This document shows, one piece after another, positions 46,791 through 56,198 of a DNA stretch of 64,000 bases (its first letter is position 1; each line of letters starts with the position of its first letter). A model generated the notes under the pieces. The model was given only the letters and a program-made list of their open reading frames with translations, did no database searches and was not told where the DNA came from. Made by a program: the position numbers and the translations under genes. This DNA is from Planctomycetota bacterium. GTDB taxonomy: Bacteria; Planctomycetota; UBA1135; UBA2386. The stretch is from NCBI GenBank assembly GCA_965228735.1, contig OZ245838.1, forward strand, positions 1,184,001-1,248,000. The letters are read 5' to 3'.

Positions 46791-46868
46791 TTCGGAATGC
46801 TTGCGCTTCGGAATGCTTGCAGCTTCGGAACGCTTGCGCTTCGGAATGCTGTGCAGCGTTCGGAAGGC
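46791..46868. repeat. Array of five TTCGGAAnGC motifs upstream of HEAT paralog 1
   Basis: Copies at 46791, 46807, 46824, 46840, 46859 (spacing 16, 17, 16, 19). Confidence 0.9.
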
Positions 46869-47030
46869 TTGGGTGATCCGGATGGTAAGAGAATCCGGGA
46901 CCACGTGCCCAATGCAAAAGCGGGGCCAACGCTCGCAGAACGCGAAAGTGTGCCCCTGGGGAACCCATCGCCGGCCGAGTGTTACGAGGGCGAAACGACA
47001 AGGGGCGATCGACCGTCCGCGCGCCGCCTG

Positions 47031-47897
47031 CTACTTACGGCGTGGCCGAACCAGGCGCAGGAGCTGGCCGTGCAATCCCGGCGCCGCGCCGAGGCTCGGG
47101 AAGTGCGCGTGCTGCGCGGCCGCGAGATCCGCGAGCGGGAAGATCGGGGCCCCGGACCAGTCCGTGAAGCGCGCCCCGGCTTCGGCGACCACGAGGCCCG
47201 CCGCCGCGATGTCCCAGAGCCGCCCCTGCTCCTGCACGTTGGCGTCGAGCCGGCCCGCCGCCACATCGGCGAGCTGGGTCACCGTGCTCCCGAGGGTCCG
47301 AATGCGGCTGCCGCGCCGCTGCAAGGCCGCGACGAACGCCAATTCCTGCTGGCCGCGCAACCACTGACACCCGAGCACGGAGCCCGCATCGAGTCGGCGC
47401 GCTGGCACCGCGAGGCGCCGCCCGGCCCGCCAGGCGCCGAGGCCCCGCACCGCGGTGTACGCGACGTCCTCCGGCAGACAGTGCAGCACGGCGACGACGG
47501 GATCACCGGCCTGCAGCAGCGCGATGCTGACCGCGAAGTGCGGCAGCCCGCGCGCGAAGTTGCTCGTGCCGTCGATGGGATCGACGACCCAGACGCATTC
47601 GCGATCGAGGCCGGCCGGCGCGGTCTCCTCGCCGAGCCAGCCCGCCCCGGGCAGCAGCCGCCCCAGTTCGCGGCGCAGCCGGCGCTCGGCGCGCAGGTCG
47701 ACGGTGGTCACGAAGTCCCCGACCGCCTTCTCCCGCACGTCCGCGGGCCGCAGCCGCCCCTGGGCCGCGGCGACGTCCCGCGCGACGCGCGTTGCGATGC
47801 CGGCGACCGCCGCGGCGAGGGACTGCCGCCCGCGCGCCGTTCGGGGCAGGTTCTCGAACGCAGCGGGGGGTGTCGGCGGCAGCGATCGCGATGACAT
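47031..47897 (-). CDS. Inositol monophosphatase family protein (second copy)
   Basis: DFVTTVD..AE, LGEE, WVVDPIDGTSNF, R.LGS, WDIAAA. Confidence 0.85.
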   Translation of the reverse strand: MSSRSLPPTPPAAFENLPRTARGRQSLAAAVAGIATRVARDVAAAQGRLRPADVREKAVGDFVTTVDLRAERRLRRELGRLLPGAGWLGEETAPAGLDRECVWVVDPIDGTSNFARGLPHFAVSIALLQAGDPVVAVLHCLPEDVAYTAVRGLGAWRAGRRLAVPARRLDAGSVLGCQWLRGQQELAFVAALQRRGSRIRTLGSTVTQLADVAAGRLDANVQEQGRLWDIAAAGLVVAEAGARFTDWSGAPIFPLADLAAAQHAHFPSLGAAPGLHGQLLRLVRPRRK

Positions 47898-47982
47898 CGT
47901 GGCCGCACCTTAGTCGCGTTCCCGCGACACCACAAAAGGGATGCAAGGCGCTCGCCGGTGGCTACAAGTGCAGTCGCCAACC

Positions 47983-49338
47983 ATGGAACGAGACGTCCGT
48001 ATCCGGCGCGGCGGCCTGCTCGGCCTCGTGGCCCTCGCGGCCCTCGCGGCTTGCGCGAGCGGCCCCGACCCGGAGCCCGCAGCGCCCGAGCGCGGCTTCG
48101 GGGCCGGCACGACGTCGTTCGTGCGCGGCGGCGAACGGCCGGGACCGGCGCCCGGGCAGCCCCCGAGCAGGCCTCGTACACCGCCTGCCGAGGCCGTGAG
48201 CGCAGCGGCCCCGACCGTGCCGGTCACCGCGACCCCGGCGACGGCCACCGCGAAGCCCGGAACTCCGACTGCTGGTTCCCCGAATCGGGTCTCCTCGAAT
48301 GGGGGCTCCCCGAATGGGAGTTCCCCGGCGACAGGCGACCCGACCGCTTTGGCAGCGGCTCGCAGGGCGCCGGCGCCGGAGCGCCCGACACCGTCGGTGC
48401 ACCCGCTCGTGCAGCGCGAACGCGAGCTGCGCGAACAGCTCCGCGGGGACGGCGCGGTCGGTGCCGCCCTCGACCTGGCGGCGCTGCTCTGTGACCTCGA
48501 GCGCCATCGCGAAGCGCGCGGGATGCTGCGCGTCGTGCGCCAACGCACGCCGGACCATGCCCTCACCGTGGCCCTCGCCGGCGTCGAGCGCGACCTCGGC
48601 CAGCGCCACCTCGCGGCGCAGGAGCTCGAGCAACTGCGAGAGAGCGCGGGCGCGGCGGCGCTGCATCCGGGGCTGCTCTTCGAGCTCGCCGAGCTGCAGT
48701 GGCTCGAGGGCAACGAAGCGGCCGCGCTCACGACCCTCGAGCAACTGCGGCGCGTGCACGCGGACGACCCGTGGTGCACCAGCAACGGCGAGGAACTCGC
48801 GGCGCTCGCCGCCGAGATCCGCGAGCACGACGCGCCGCAGCGGGTGGCGATCCGCGACCTGCTCGGCAACCTGCGCGGCGGTCCGCGGCCTGGCATTCGC
48901 CTGCGGACGCTCGAGCAGCTGCTGAAGGTCGCGCGCGACCCCGCGACGAAGCGCGATCTCGGCGCGCTCGAACGACGCGCGCTGGCCGCGGCGGTCGCCG
49001 ACCCGTCGGCGGCGGTACGGGCGCGCGCGATCCAGCTCGGCCCGTCGGAGACGACGGATCGGCGCGCGTTCTTCGGCGTGGCCCTGGCCGACGCCGACCC
49101 GCTCGTCCGCGGGGTCGCGGCCGCGAGGGCCGTCGAACTGCTCGGCCGTGACGCGGGGCCGCTGCTGTTCGCGCGCCTCCTGGTCGAGCCGGACCCCGCG
49201 ACGTTCCGCGCCCTGGACAACGAGTTGCGCGGACTCGTCGGACAGTCGGTGAAGAGCACCCTGACGTTGCCGACCGCCGCCGACCGACTCGCGACGGTCG
49301 CGGCCTGGCAGGAACGGCGCGAGGAGCTCGGTTGGTAG
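47983..49338 (+). CDS. Lipoprotein with P/T/S-rich linker, TPR-like and HEAT repeats
   Basis: Lipobox LAAC; ADPSAAVRARAI and ADADPLVRGVAA HEAT units. Confidence 0.72.
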   Translation: MERDVRIRRGGLLGLVALAALAACASGPDPEPAAPERGFGAGTTSFVRGGERPGPAPGQPPSRPRTPPAEAVSAAAPTVPVTATPATATAKPGTPTAGSPNRVSSNGGSPNGSSPATGDPTALAAARRAPAPERPTPSVHPLVQRERELREQLRGDGAVGAALDLAALLCDLERHREARGMLRVVRQRTPDHALTVALAGVERDLGQRHLAAQELEQLRESAGAAALHPGLLFELAELQWLEGNEAAALTTLEQLRRVHADDPWCTSNGEELAALAAEIREHDAPQRVAIRDLLGNLRGGPRPGIRLRTLEQLLKVARDPATKRDLGALERRALAAAVADPSAAVRARAIQLGPSETTDRRAFFGVALADADPLVRGVAAARAVELLGRDAGPLLFARLLVEPDPATFRALDNELRGLVGQSVKSTLTLPTAADRLATVAAWQERREELGW

Positions 49339-50570
49339 AGCGCCAGGCTTCAGCACGATTCCGGCGGCGCCGGCTCGGCGGTCTCGGGTGGGCACTGGGC
49401 CCGCTCGCCCTCGCGGGCTGCTCCGTCGCGGACAACCTGACGTATCCCGAGATCGCGGGCGAGCTCGATCGGATCGTCGAGGTGCGCGGCGAGGGTGCCG
49501 AGCAGACCATCCGCTACGCCGACCGGGCGGAGGTCTCGGTGTGGTACATGCGCAACGTGCTGTTCCTGCCGTTCCGGCTGCTGCTGGGCTACGTCGCGGG
49601 CAGCACGAGCTTCGTCGAGCTCGAGAACCCGTCCCAGCACGCGCGCGAGCTCATGCTCGAGTTGCCCGACGAGGTCGGCGGCGACCTGTCGCGCGGCGCG
49701 GACGCGATCGCGCGCCTGCTCCTCGTCGCCGAGCTCGACGACAACCCGGCGAACGTCATCGTCGCCCTCGACGGTTCGGTGCGCGTCATGCGTCAGCTGG
49801 GGCTCGACGGGGTCGGCGATCCGGCGACGATCGACCAGCCGGTCGCGGTCGCCCGCATCGACGCCGCGCGTGCCACGATCCGATCGTCGCGACCGGGTGC
49901 GCGCGACGCCACGACCGCCGAGCTCACGGGCGAACTGCGCGACGATTACCGTACCGCCGTCGCGACGCTCGTCGAACGGCCGCTCCCGACGTGGTCCAAT
50001 CGCATCGCGCTGATCGGCGATCTGCTCGCGCTCTGGCAGCAGGAACCGGATCGCGAACTGCGCAGCGAGCTCGCGTCGCACCTGCGAACCGCGATCGCGC
50101 ACGCCGTCCGCGGCGCGCTGATCCGCGAGCTTCGCGACACGACGCGCGATCGCGCCGACGTCCGGTTGTGCGCGATCCAGCTCTTCCGCGGCCTCGGCGG
50201 CCCCGAGAGCGTCGCGTTCCTGCTCGCCCTGACGGTGGAACCGATCTCGAGCGCGCGCCGCACCGCCGCGCGGTACGACCCGGACCTGCTCGTGCAGCTC
50301 CGGCTCATCCACCTGTGCGGGCAGCTGTCGGGCGAACTCGCGACGCGCGCCGTGGCCCTGCCCGGCCAGGAGTCGTGGCAGGTCATCGCGCCGGCGGACT
50401 TCCTGGCCGAGATCATCCTCACCGAACGCGACGCCTACGAGGAGAGCCTGATCTACAGCCGCCTGCGGATCCCGGCGCTCATCGCCTTGAGCCTCGCGCT
50501 CGGCCGCCCCACCCTCGAGTTCGACGAGGCGTGGGTCAAGGCCTGGTACGAAGGGCGGCCGCGACTCTGA
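49332..50570 (+). CDS. Hypothetical helical lipoprotein
   Basis: Lipobox LAGC; overlaps upstream stop; start uncertain. Confidence 0.7.
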   Translation: MVERQASARFRRRRLGGLGWALGPLALAGCSVADNLTYPEIAGELDRIVEVRGEGAEQTIRYADRAEVSVWYMRNVLFLPFRLLLGYVAGSTSFVELENPSQHARELMLELPDEVGGDLSRGADAIARLLLVAELDDNPANVIVALDGSVRVMRQLGLDGVGDPATIDQPVAVARIDAARATIRSSRPGARDATTAELTGELRDDYRTAVATLVERPLPTWSNRIALIGDLLALWQQEPDRELRSELASHLRTAIAHAVRGALIRELRDTTRDRADVRLCAIQLFRGLGGPESVAFLLALTVEPISSARRTAARYDPDLLVQLRLIHLCGQLSGELATRAVALPGQESWQVIAPADFLAEIILTERDAYEESLIYSRLRIPALIALSLALGRPTLEFDEAWVKAWYEGRPRL

Positions 50571-50578
50571 AGAACCGG

Positions 50579-51160
50579 ATGACGGCCCCTCAGATCAGCT
50601 GGCTCGACGAGCCGATCCGCTACGACGGCACGCAGCTCGCGGCGCACTGGATCCTCGACCGGACGGGACTCGTCGGTGATGCGCTCGTCGGCTTCCGCGG
50701 TGCCTGTGCGGTCGCGACCGACGCGATCGCCGACCTCGCGGACCTCGACGGTCCCGGGATCGCAGGCGACGACATGGTGCACCTGCTGTGGGAGTGCTTC
50801 AGCGCGCCGGACCTGCTGCTCGCCGTGCATCGCCAACGGCTGCTCGCGGCCCAGGCCAGGGCACTGGTTCAGGAGCTCGCGCCCGCGCCGATCGCCGAGC
50901 TGCGCCGCGACGGCGACGATCTCTACGTCGGCGAGGCCAAGCTGTCGATCTCGATCGCGACCGTGACACCCGTCAGCAGCCTCGTGCACTTCGCCGTCAA
51001 CGTCGCGGCCACCGGCGCGCCCGTGGCGATCACCGGACTCGACGCGCTCGGCATCGACGCCAGGGAGTTCGGTGAGGCGCTGCTGCAGCGCGCCGCGGAC
51101 GAACAGCGCAGCATCGATACAGCCCGGGCACTCGTGCGGCCGAAGGGGGAGTGGCGGTGA
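50579..51160 (+). CDS. DUF366 family protein
   Basis: I.YDGTQL..HW, GD..V.FRG.C, AD..D, I.G.DM.H..WE, RQRLL, R.GDDLY, KLSISIAT. Confidence 0.8.
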   Translation: MTAPQISWLDEPIRYDGTQLAAHWILDRTGLVGDALVGFRGACAVATDAIADLADLDGPGIAGDDMVHLLWECFSAPDLLLAVHRQRLLAAQARALVQELAPAPIAELRRDGDDLYVGEAKLSISIATVTPVSSLVHFAVNVAATGAPVAITGLDALGIDAREFGEALLQRAADEQRSIDTARALVRPKGEWR

Positions 51161-52371
51161 ACAAGACCCTCGTCACGATCCTCAAGCTGCTCGCCGTCGC
51201 CGGCCTGATGTGGTGGGTGTTCGCGTCGATCAACTTCGACGACCGCCTGGTCTACCGCGAGCGCCTGCAGGGTGACGACACGAAGATCGTCAAGGAAGAG
51301 ACGATCGAGATCGTCGGCAGCTGGAAGAACGATCCGCTCGTGTATCGCTACGCCGGCGAGGCCGCGGATCAGACGGAGCGCACGATCGCGCTCGGGGTCC
51401 AGGACGACGGGCTGCTGCTCTCTGTGACCCCGGGGTTCCTGACCTACTGGCACAACCTCGATCCGTGGCTCTTCGCGCTCGGCGCGTTCTGCTACTTCCT
51501 CACGGTGATGATCGCGGGTCTGCGGTGGTGGTGGCTGCTGCGGGTGAACGGCACGGACGTGTCACCGCTCGAGACGCTGCGGTTCACGTGGATCGGCGTG
51601 TTCTTCAACACCGTGATGCCGGGCGCGACCGGCGGCGATCTCATCAAGGCGCTCTACATCATGAAGCGCTGCCCCGGCCATCGCGTCCAGGTGCTCGTTT
51701 CGGTCGCGGTCGACCGCGTCCTCGGGCTCGCGTCACTCGCGCTGCTCGGCGCGATCGTGGTGCTGTTCGCGCTCGATCGCTTCGGCTGGATCGCGCTCGC
51801 GGTCTGGGGCGTCATTCTCGGCGTCGCACTGCTCGGCGTGCTCGCGTTCAGCCGCCGCCTGCGCGAACGGATCAAGCTCAAGGCGCTGCTCGAACGCCTG
51901 CCGCACAAGCTCAGCCACCTGCTCAAGCTCGTCGACCAGGCCATCTTCTTCTACCGCGATCACAAGCGCGTCATCGGTCTCAGTCTGCTGATCGGCATGG
52001 GCAACCACGTCGTGTCGGTGCTCTGCGTCGTGTTCCTCGGCATGGCGCTCGACATCGGCGTGCCGCCCCTCGAGTACTTCGTGCTCGTCCCGATCATCAA
52101 CATCGTCTCCGCGGTGCCGCTCGGCCCGCAGGGCTGGGGCCTCGGCGAATGGGCCTACAAGAGCCTGTTCGGCAAGTACGCGGCCGTGCACCTGCCGGAC
52201 GTCGCCAACGCGAGCGAGGTCATGGGCACGCGCGGCCTCGCGCTGTCCGTGCTCTACCGCCTGCACCTGACGTTCTGGTCGCTGCTCGGCGGCGTGTTCG
52301 TGATGTTCGAGAAGGACCGCGTGACGAAGGCCGATATCGAGCGCGAGGAGCAGCGCGAAGCCGACGACTAG
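51151..52371 (+). CDS. Lysylphosphatidylglycerol synthase TM-region / flippase-like protein (UPF0104)
   Basis: LRWWWLL, IGVFFNTVMPG.TGGD.IK, SV.VDR.LG, P..P.GWG..E. Confidence 0.85.
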   Translation: MAVNKTLVTILKLLAVAGLMWWVFASINFDDRLVYRERLQGDDTKIVKEETIEIVGSWKNDPLVYRYAGEAADQTERTIALGVQDDGLLLSVTPGFLTYWHNLDPWLFALGAFCYFLTVMIAGLRWWWLLRVNGTDVSPLETLRFTWIGVFFNTVMPGATGGDLIKALYIMKRCPGHRVQVLVSVAVDRVLGLASLALLGAIVVLFALDRFGWIALAVWGVILGVALLGVLAFSRRLRERIKLKALLERLPHKLSHLLKLVDQAIFFYRDHKRVIGLSLLIGMGNHVVSVLCVVFLGMALDIGVPPLEYFVLVPIINIVSAVPLGPQGWGLGEWAYKSLFGKYAAVHLPDVANASEVMGTRGLALSVLYRLHLTFWSLLGGVFVMFEKDRVTKADIEREEQREADD

Positions 52372-52448
52372 GACAGCGGGCGGCGCCCGACGAAATCACC
52401 GAATCCGGTGGGGCCGGCCCAGGCCGCTCGCTAACGTCTTCGCCCGAC

Positions 52449-53354
52449 ATGTCACTGCTCATCGTCGGCTCCACCGCGTTCGACACGATCGAGACGCCGC
52501 ACGGATCAGTCGAGAACTGCCTCGGCGGCTCCTCGACCTACACCGCCCTCGCGGCTCGATTGTTCTGCCCCGTCCAGCTCGTCAGCGTCGTCGGCGCCGA
52601 CTTCCCGGACGAGCACCGCCAGTTCCTGCAGGGTCATGACATCGACCTCGCGGGCCTCGAGACGGTCGCGGACGGCAAGACGTTCCGCTGGCACGGCCGG
52701 TACTCGGAGGACATGAACTCGCGCGACACGATCGACGTGCAGCTCAACGTCCTCGGCGACTTCAAGCCGAAGGTGCCGACCAGCTACAAGAACACGCCGT
52801 TCGTGTTCCTCGCCAACGGCGCACCGGTCACGCAGCTCGCCGTGCTCGACCAGATGGAGTCCAAGCGCTTCGCGGTCGCCGACACGATGAACCTGTGGAT
52901 CGAGCACAACCTCGCCGAGTTGCGGGAACTGCTCCCGCGCCTCGATGGCCTGATCCTCAACGACGAGGAGGCCAAGCAGCTCACCGGCAAGGGCAACCTG
53001 ATCCAGGCGGGCCGCGCCGTGCTCGAGCTCGGCCCGAAGCTCGCGATCGTCAAGAAGGGCGAGCACGGGTGCTTCCTGTTCTCGCACTTCTTCCACTACG
53101 CACTGCCGGCCTACCCGACGGAGACGGTGGTGGACCCGACGGGCGCGGGCGACAGCTTCGCCGGCGGCTTCATGGGTTACCTCAGCAACACCGACTCGGT
53201 GACGGTGTGGAACCTGAAGCGCGCGATCGCCTACGGCACGGTCGCGGCCAGCATCACGGTCGAGGGCTTCGGGACGCAGAGCATCGCCGAGGCCGAGCGC
53301 GGCACGATCGAGGCGCGCTACCGTGAACTGATGCAGTTCGTGGCGTGCGACTGA
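52449..53354 (+). CDS. PfkB/ribokinase family sugar or nucleoside kinase
   Basis: VGS.AFDTIETP, LGGS, VVGADF, LNDEEA, KKGEHG, DPTGAGDSFAGG. Confidence 0.92.
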   Translation: MSLLIVGSTAFDTIETPHGSVENCLGGSSTYTALAARLFCPVQLVSVVGADFPDEHRQFLQGHDIDLAGLETVADGKTFRWHGRYSEDMNSRDTIDVQLNVLGDFKPKVPTSYKNTPFVFLANGAPVTQLAVLDQMESKRFAVADTMNLWIEHNLAELRELLPRLDGLILNDEEAKQLTGKGNLIQAGRAVLELGPKLAIVKKGEHGCFLFSHFFHYALPAYPTETVVDPTGAGDSFAGGFMGYLSNTDSVTVWNLKRAIAYGTVAASITVEGFGTQSIAEAERGTIEARYRELMQFVACD

Positions 53355-53366
53355 CCGGCCGCAGCC

Positions 53367-53446
53367 GATTCGGCCAGTAGGGGATCCGGCCAGTAGGGGG
53401 TTCGGCCAGTAGGGGATTCGGCCAGTAGGGGATTCGGCCAGCAGCA
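53367..53446. repeat. 16-bp tandem repeat GATTCGGCCAGTAGGG (4 near-perfect copies plus degenerate ones), between convergent genes
   Basis: Units at 53367, 53383, 53399, 53415, 53431. Confidence 0.92.
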
Positions 53447-53489
53447 GATTCGGGCCGGCAACGGATTCGAGCCGGCCCGAGAGCGGCAC

Positions 53490-54485
53490 TCAGTTGCCGA
53501 CGTAGACGCGACCGTAGTTGGTCGAGACGATACCGGCGGCGTTCGCGGCCGGATCGAGGATCGCGTACTGGGTGAAGAACCGCACGTTCACCAGGTTGCC
53601 GTTGTTCGGCACTGGGAAGGGCAGGCTACCGTTACCAGCTGCGTCGAGCAGCACCGCGATCGACAGATCCGGGCCGATGTACTGCAGGCAGCCGGGCATG
53701 CCCTGCGCCGTCAGATCCAGCGGGAACGGGGCGCCGTTGTAGAATCCGAACACGCAGAACGAGAGTGCATTCGGAGCCCCACTGCTCACGTCGAGATCCG
53801 CGGTGCCGCCGAGTTGCGAGCTGCCACCGAGGGTGTGCACCGGCGTGCCGTTCGAGCCGGCACAGGAGGTGCCGTACGAGGACAACTTCGCGGTCAGCAT
53901 GCTGATCTCGAACTTCAGCGCCGCGTTGCCGAGCGTGCCGCTCGGGGCCGCCGGCCCGCTATTGGCGAACCAGTAGAGGCGCTGGCGCGTATCGCGGTGG
54001 AACCCCGAAGGCGCGATCGCGTCGGTCGCCTTGATGTCGACGACGAGGTCGTCGACGCCGTTGTAGACGAACACGTCCTGCAGCCCCATCTCGTTCCACA
54101 CGTCGGCCGTCAGGTTCCACGTGAAGTTCGATGCCATGAGCACGGTCACGGCGGCGGGGGTGAGGTTGTTGTCGAACGTCGGATCGAGCGGGGAGCCGGC
54201 CGGATGGTGATCGAACGTCACCTCGAGCATGCCGTAGGTCGCCACGCCGCTGCTGCAGGGCGAGAACCCGATGCCCGTGATCAAGTTGGCCGTGCTACCG
54301 AGGTCGGCCGCCGTGGCCTTGCACTGGTAGCGCTGGTTGTAGAACGAGCTGGTGGTGCTCGACGAGCCGAACGGGATCACGTTGCACGTGCCCGACGCGG
54401 TCAGGTTGTCCGGGACGAACCAGTTCTGCGCGCTGACAAAGGGGGAGACGAGAACGGCCGAAGCCGCGAACGCGAGTGCTTTCAT
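53490..54485 (-). CDS. Secreted beta-rich protein with conserved-looking C-terminal domain
   Basis: MKALAF..SAQ signal peptide; C-terminus YGTSC.G...PGC...D..GNG..PFPVPN....FFTQY..LDP.AN..G..STN. Confidence 0.85.
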   Translation of the reverse strand: MKALAFAASAVLVSPFVSAQNWFVPDNLTASGTCNVIPFGSSSTTSSFYNQRYQCKATAADLGSTANLITGIGFSPCSSGVATYGMLEVTFDHHPAGSPLDPTFDNNLTPAAVTVLMASNFTWNLTADVWNEMGLQDVFVYNGVDDLVVDIKATDAIAPSGFHRDTRQRLYWFANSGPAAPSGTLGNAALKFEISMLTAKLSSYGTSCAGSNGTPVHTLGGSSQLGGTADLDVSSGAPNALSFCVFGFYNGAPFPLDLTAQGMPGCLQYIGPDLSIAVLLDAAGNGSLPFPVPNNGNLVNVRFFTQYAILDPAANAAGIVSTNYGRVYVGN

Positions 54486-54556
54486 GGTAGGAGCCAAGAT
54501 AGATTGGCGGAAACGTTGAGGTTTGCAGACAGGGTTGGTCAGGCAGCAGCCGACGA

Positions 54557-56122
54557 TCATCGCAGTTCGACGATCACCGGCGTGCTGATGGTCGGGTTCG
54601 GCGCGAAGCCACCCGCGGACTGCAGCACGAAGCGCAGGTTCGGGAAGGCGCCGGTGTTCGGATTGTTGAACGAGAACGCGCCGTAGCCGTTCGGATCGGT
54701 CACGGTGAGCGCGAGGGTGATCGTGTTGAACGAGGTGAAGACATCGGCGTGGCCAGGATCGAGCGTCACCGGCAAGCCGGCCGCCGGGATCGAGGACGCG
54801 AAGCCACCGGCCGGGCCGGGGCCGAACACCGCGATCAGGAACGCGACCGACGTCGGCGGTCCGTTCACGTCGAGTTCCCACATCGGCTGGTTGGTCGCCG
54901 TATCGAGGGCGCCGAAATCGTTCTGGTCGAGCAGCATCGGCTCGTACTCGAGCGCGTCGACGACGGTCAGCCCCATCACGGTCGGCTGGAAGTTGGGCGC
55001 ATCGAGCTGCACGCCGAGCCACGCGCCGGTCGCGGGGACACCGCTCACGAGGCTGCCGCAGAGCTGGCCGTTGATCGTCGCGATCGAGCCGCCGCCCGCG
55101 GTCGAGAAGATCGTGCCGCCGTAGCGTCCCGCATCCGACGTGAACACGAGATCGGGCTCGGACGTGTAGACCCCGGCGATGTCCGGGAACGTCGTCGTGT
55201 AGGTGCCGCCGGCCGGATCGAGACCGAGGCCGCTGATCTTGCCGAGCACGGTGTTGCCGCTCGTGCCGACGATCGGCGCGCCGCTGTTGTCGTGCGCGCC
55301 GGCCACGCCGACCATCGACCGGATCGACCGCGGGTTCGGGCTCGAACCGACGTCGACCTCCTCGATGCAGACGCGCGCGCTGCTCGGCGTGAAGCTGCTG
55401 ATGTTGCCGTTGGCGTCGTAGACGATGTCGGCCGCGGCGATCTTGACGATCGAACCGTCGTTCGCGAACACCGCGTTGCCGAGACTGCCGTTGGTCCACT
55501 GCCCGCCCTGGACGGGGGCGTAGTAGAGGTCGCCCGCCGCGGTCTGGACCAGCGCGTGCGCGCCGTCGACGCTGCCCTGACCCGCGGGCGGCGGGCCGGC
55601 AGCGACGGCGAGGTCCGCCGCCGTCATGAAGAACTCGACGTTGCCGTTGGGCAGGAGCCGGATCCAGTCGCCGGGCACCAACGTGTGCACGGCGGTGCCG
55701 TTGTTGGTGAACACCTCGAGGTCGGCGGTCGCGACATTGTCGCGCACCGTGAAGTAGACCTTGTCCCAGGTGACGTTGCCGCGATCGCTGTGCTTCACGA
55801 ACAGGCCGCCGATCTGGAACGACGTGAAGTACGACGCGAGACCGTCGAACTTGAGGTAGTTGTCGTCGGCGTTCGCGTCACCGAGATAGCACTGCATCGC
55901 GGAGGCCGGCAGCAGATTGCGGGCGACCGCGCCAGCACCGGGAGTGCAGTAGGTGAAATCGTACTTCGAGATCTGGTTGATCGCGCCGCCCGGCCGTTCG
56001 TTGACGGCGTCCAACCCGGCGAACGGGAACCGACCGGTGAACAGCAAGGTGTTCTGGGCGGAGGCAACGCCGGCGACAGCGGTGACGGCGGCGAGGAAGG
56101 AGAACAGGGACAACTTCGTCAT
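54557..56122 (-). CDS. Secreted beta-rich hypothetical protein
   Basis: SD AAGGA, signal peptide ending ASAQ; G/T/N-rich body; C-terminus TDPNGYG.F...P......F.LQ. Confidence 0.85.
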   Translation of the reverse strand: MTKLSLFSFLAAVTAVAGVASAQNTLLFTGRFPFAGLDAVNERPGGAINQISKYDFTYCTPGAGAVARNLLPASAMQCYLGDANADDNYLKFDGLASYFTSFQIGGLFVKHSDRGNVTWDKVYFTVRDNVATADLEVFTNNGTAVHTLVPGDWIRLLPNGNVEFFMTAADLAVAAGPPPAGQGSVDGAHALVQTAAGDLYYAPVQGGQWTNGSLGNAVFANDGSIVKIAAADIVYDANGNISSFTPSSARVCIEEVDVGSSPNPRSIRSMVGVAGAHDNSGAPIVGTSGNTVLGKISGLGLDPAGGTYTTTFPDIAGVYTSEPDLVFTSDAGRYGGTIFSTAGGGSIATINGQLCGSLVSGVPATGAWLGVQLDAPNFQPTVMGLTVVDALEYEPMLLDQNDFGALDTATNQPMWELDVNGPPTSVAFLIAVFGPGPAGGFASSIPAAGLPVTLDPGHADVFTSFNTITLALTVTDPNGYGAFSFNNPNTGAFPNLRFVLQSAGGFAPNPTISTPVIVELR

Positions 56123-56198
56123 TTGGGGGGATCCTTGGCGGCCAGGGAATCACCATCCATAATTGGCAACGCTCGCCCTGCCAACCGACCCGTACCCG

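Noticed and set aside
48271..48330. 15-bp in-frame repeats (GSPNR/VSSNG/GSPNG); similar NAPLG/NTPLG at ~18982-19012 and NG-rich linker at ~10140-10230
   Set aside because: Ordinary slippage in disordered linkers; no evidence of a separate function
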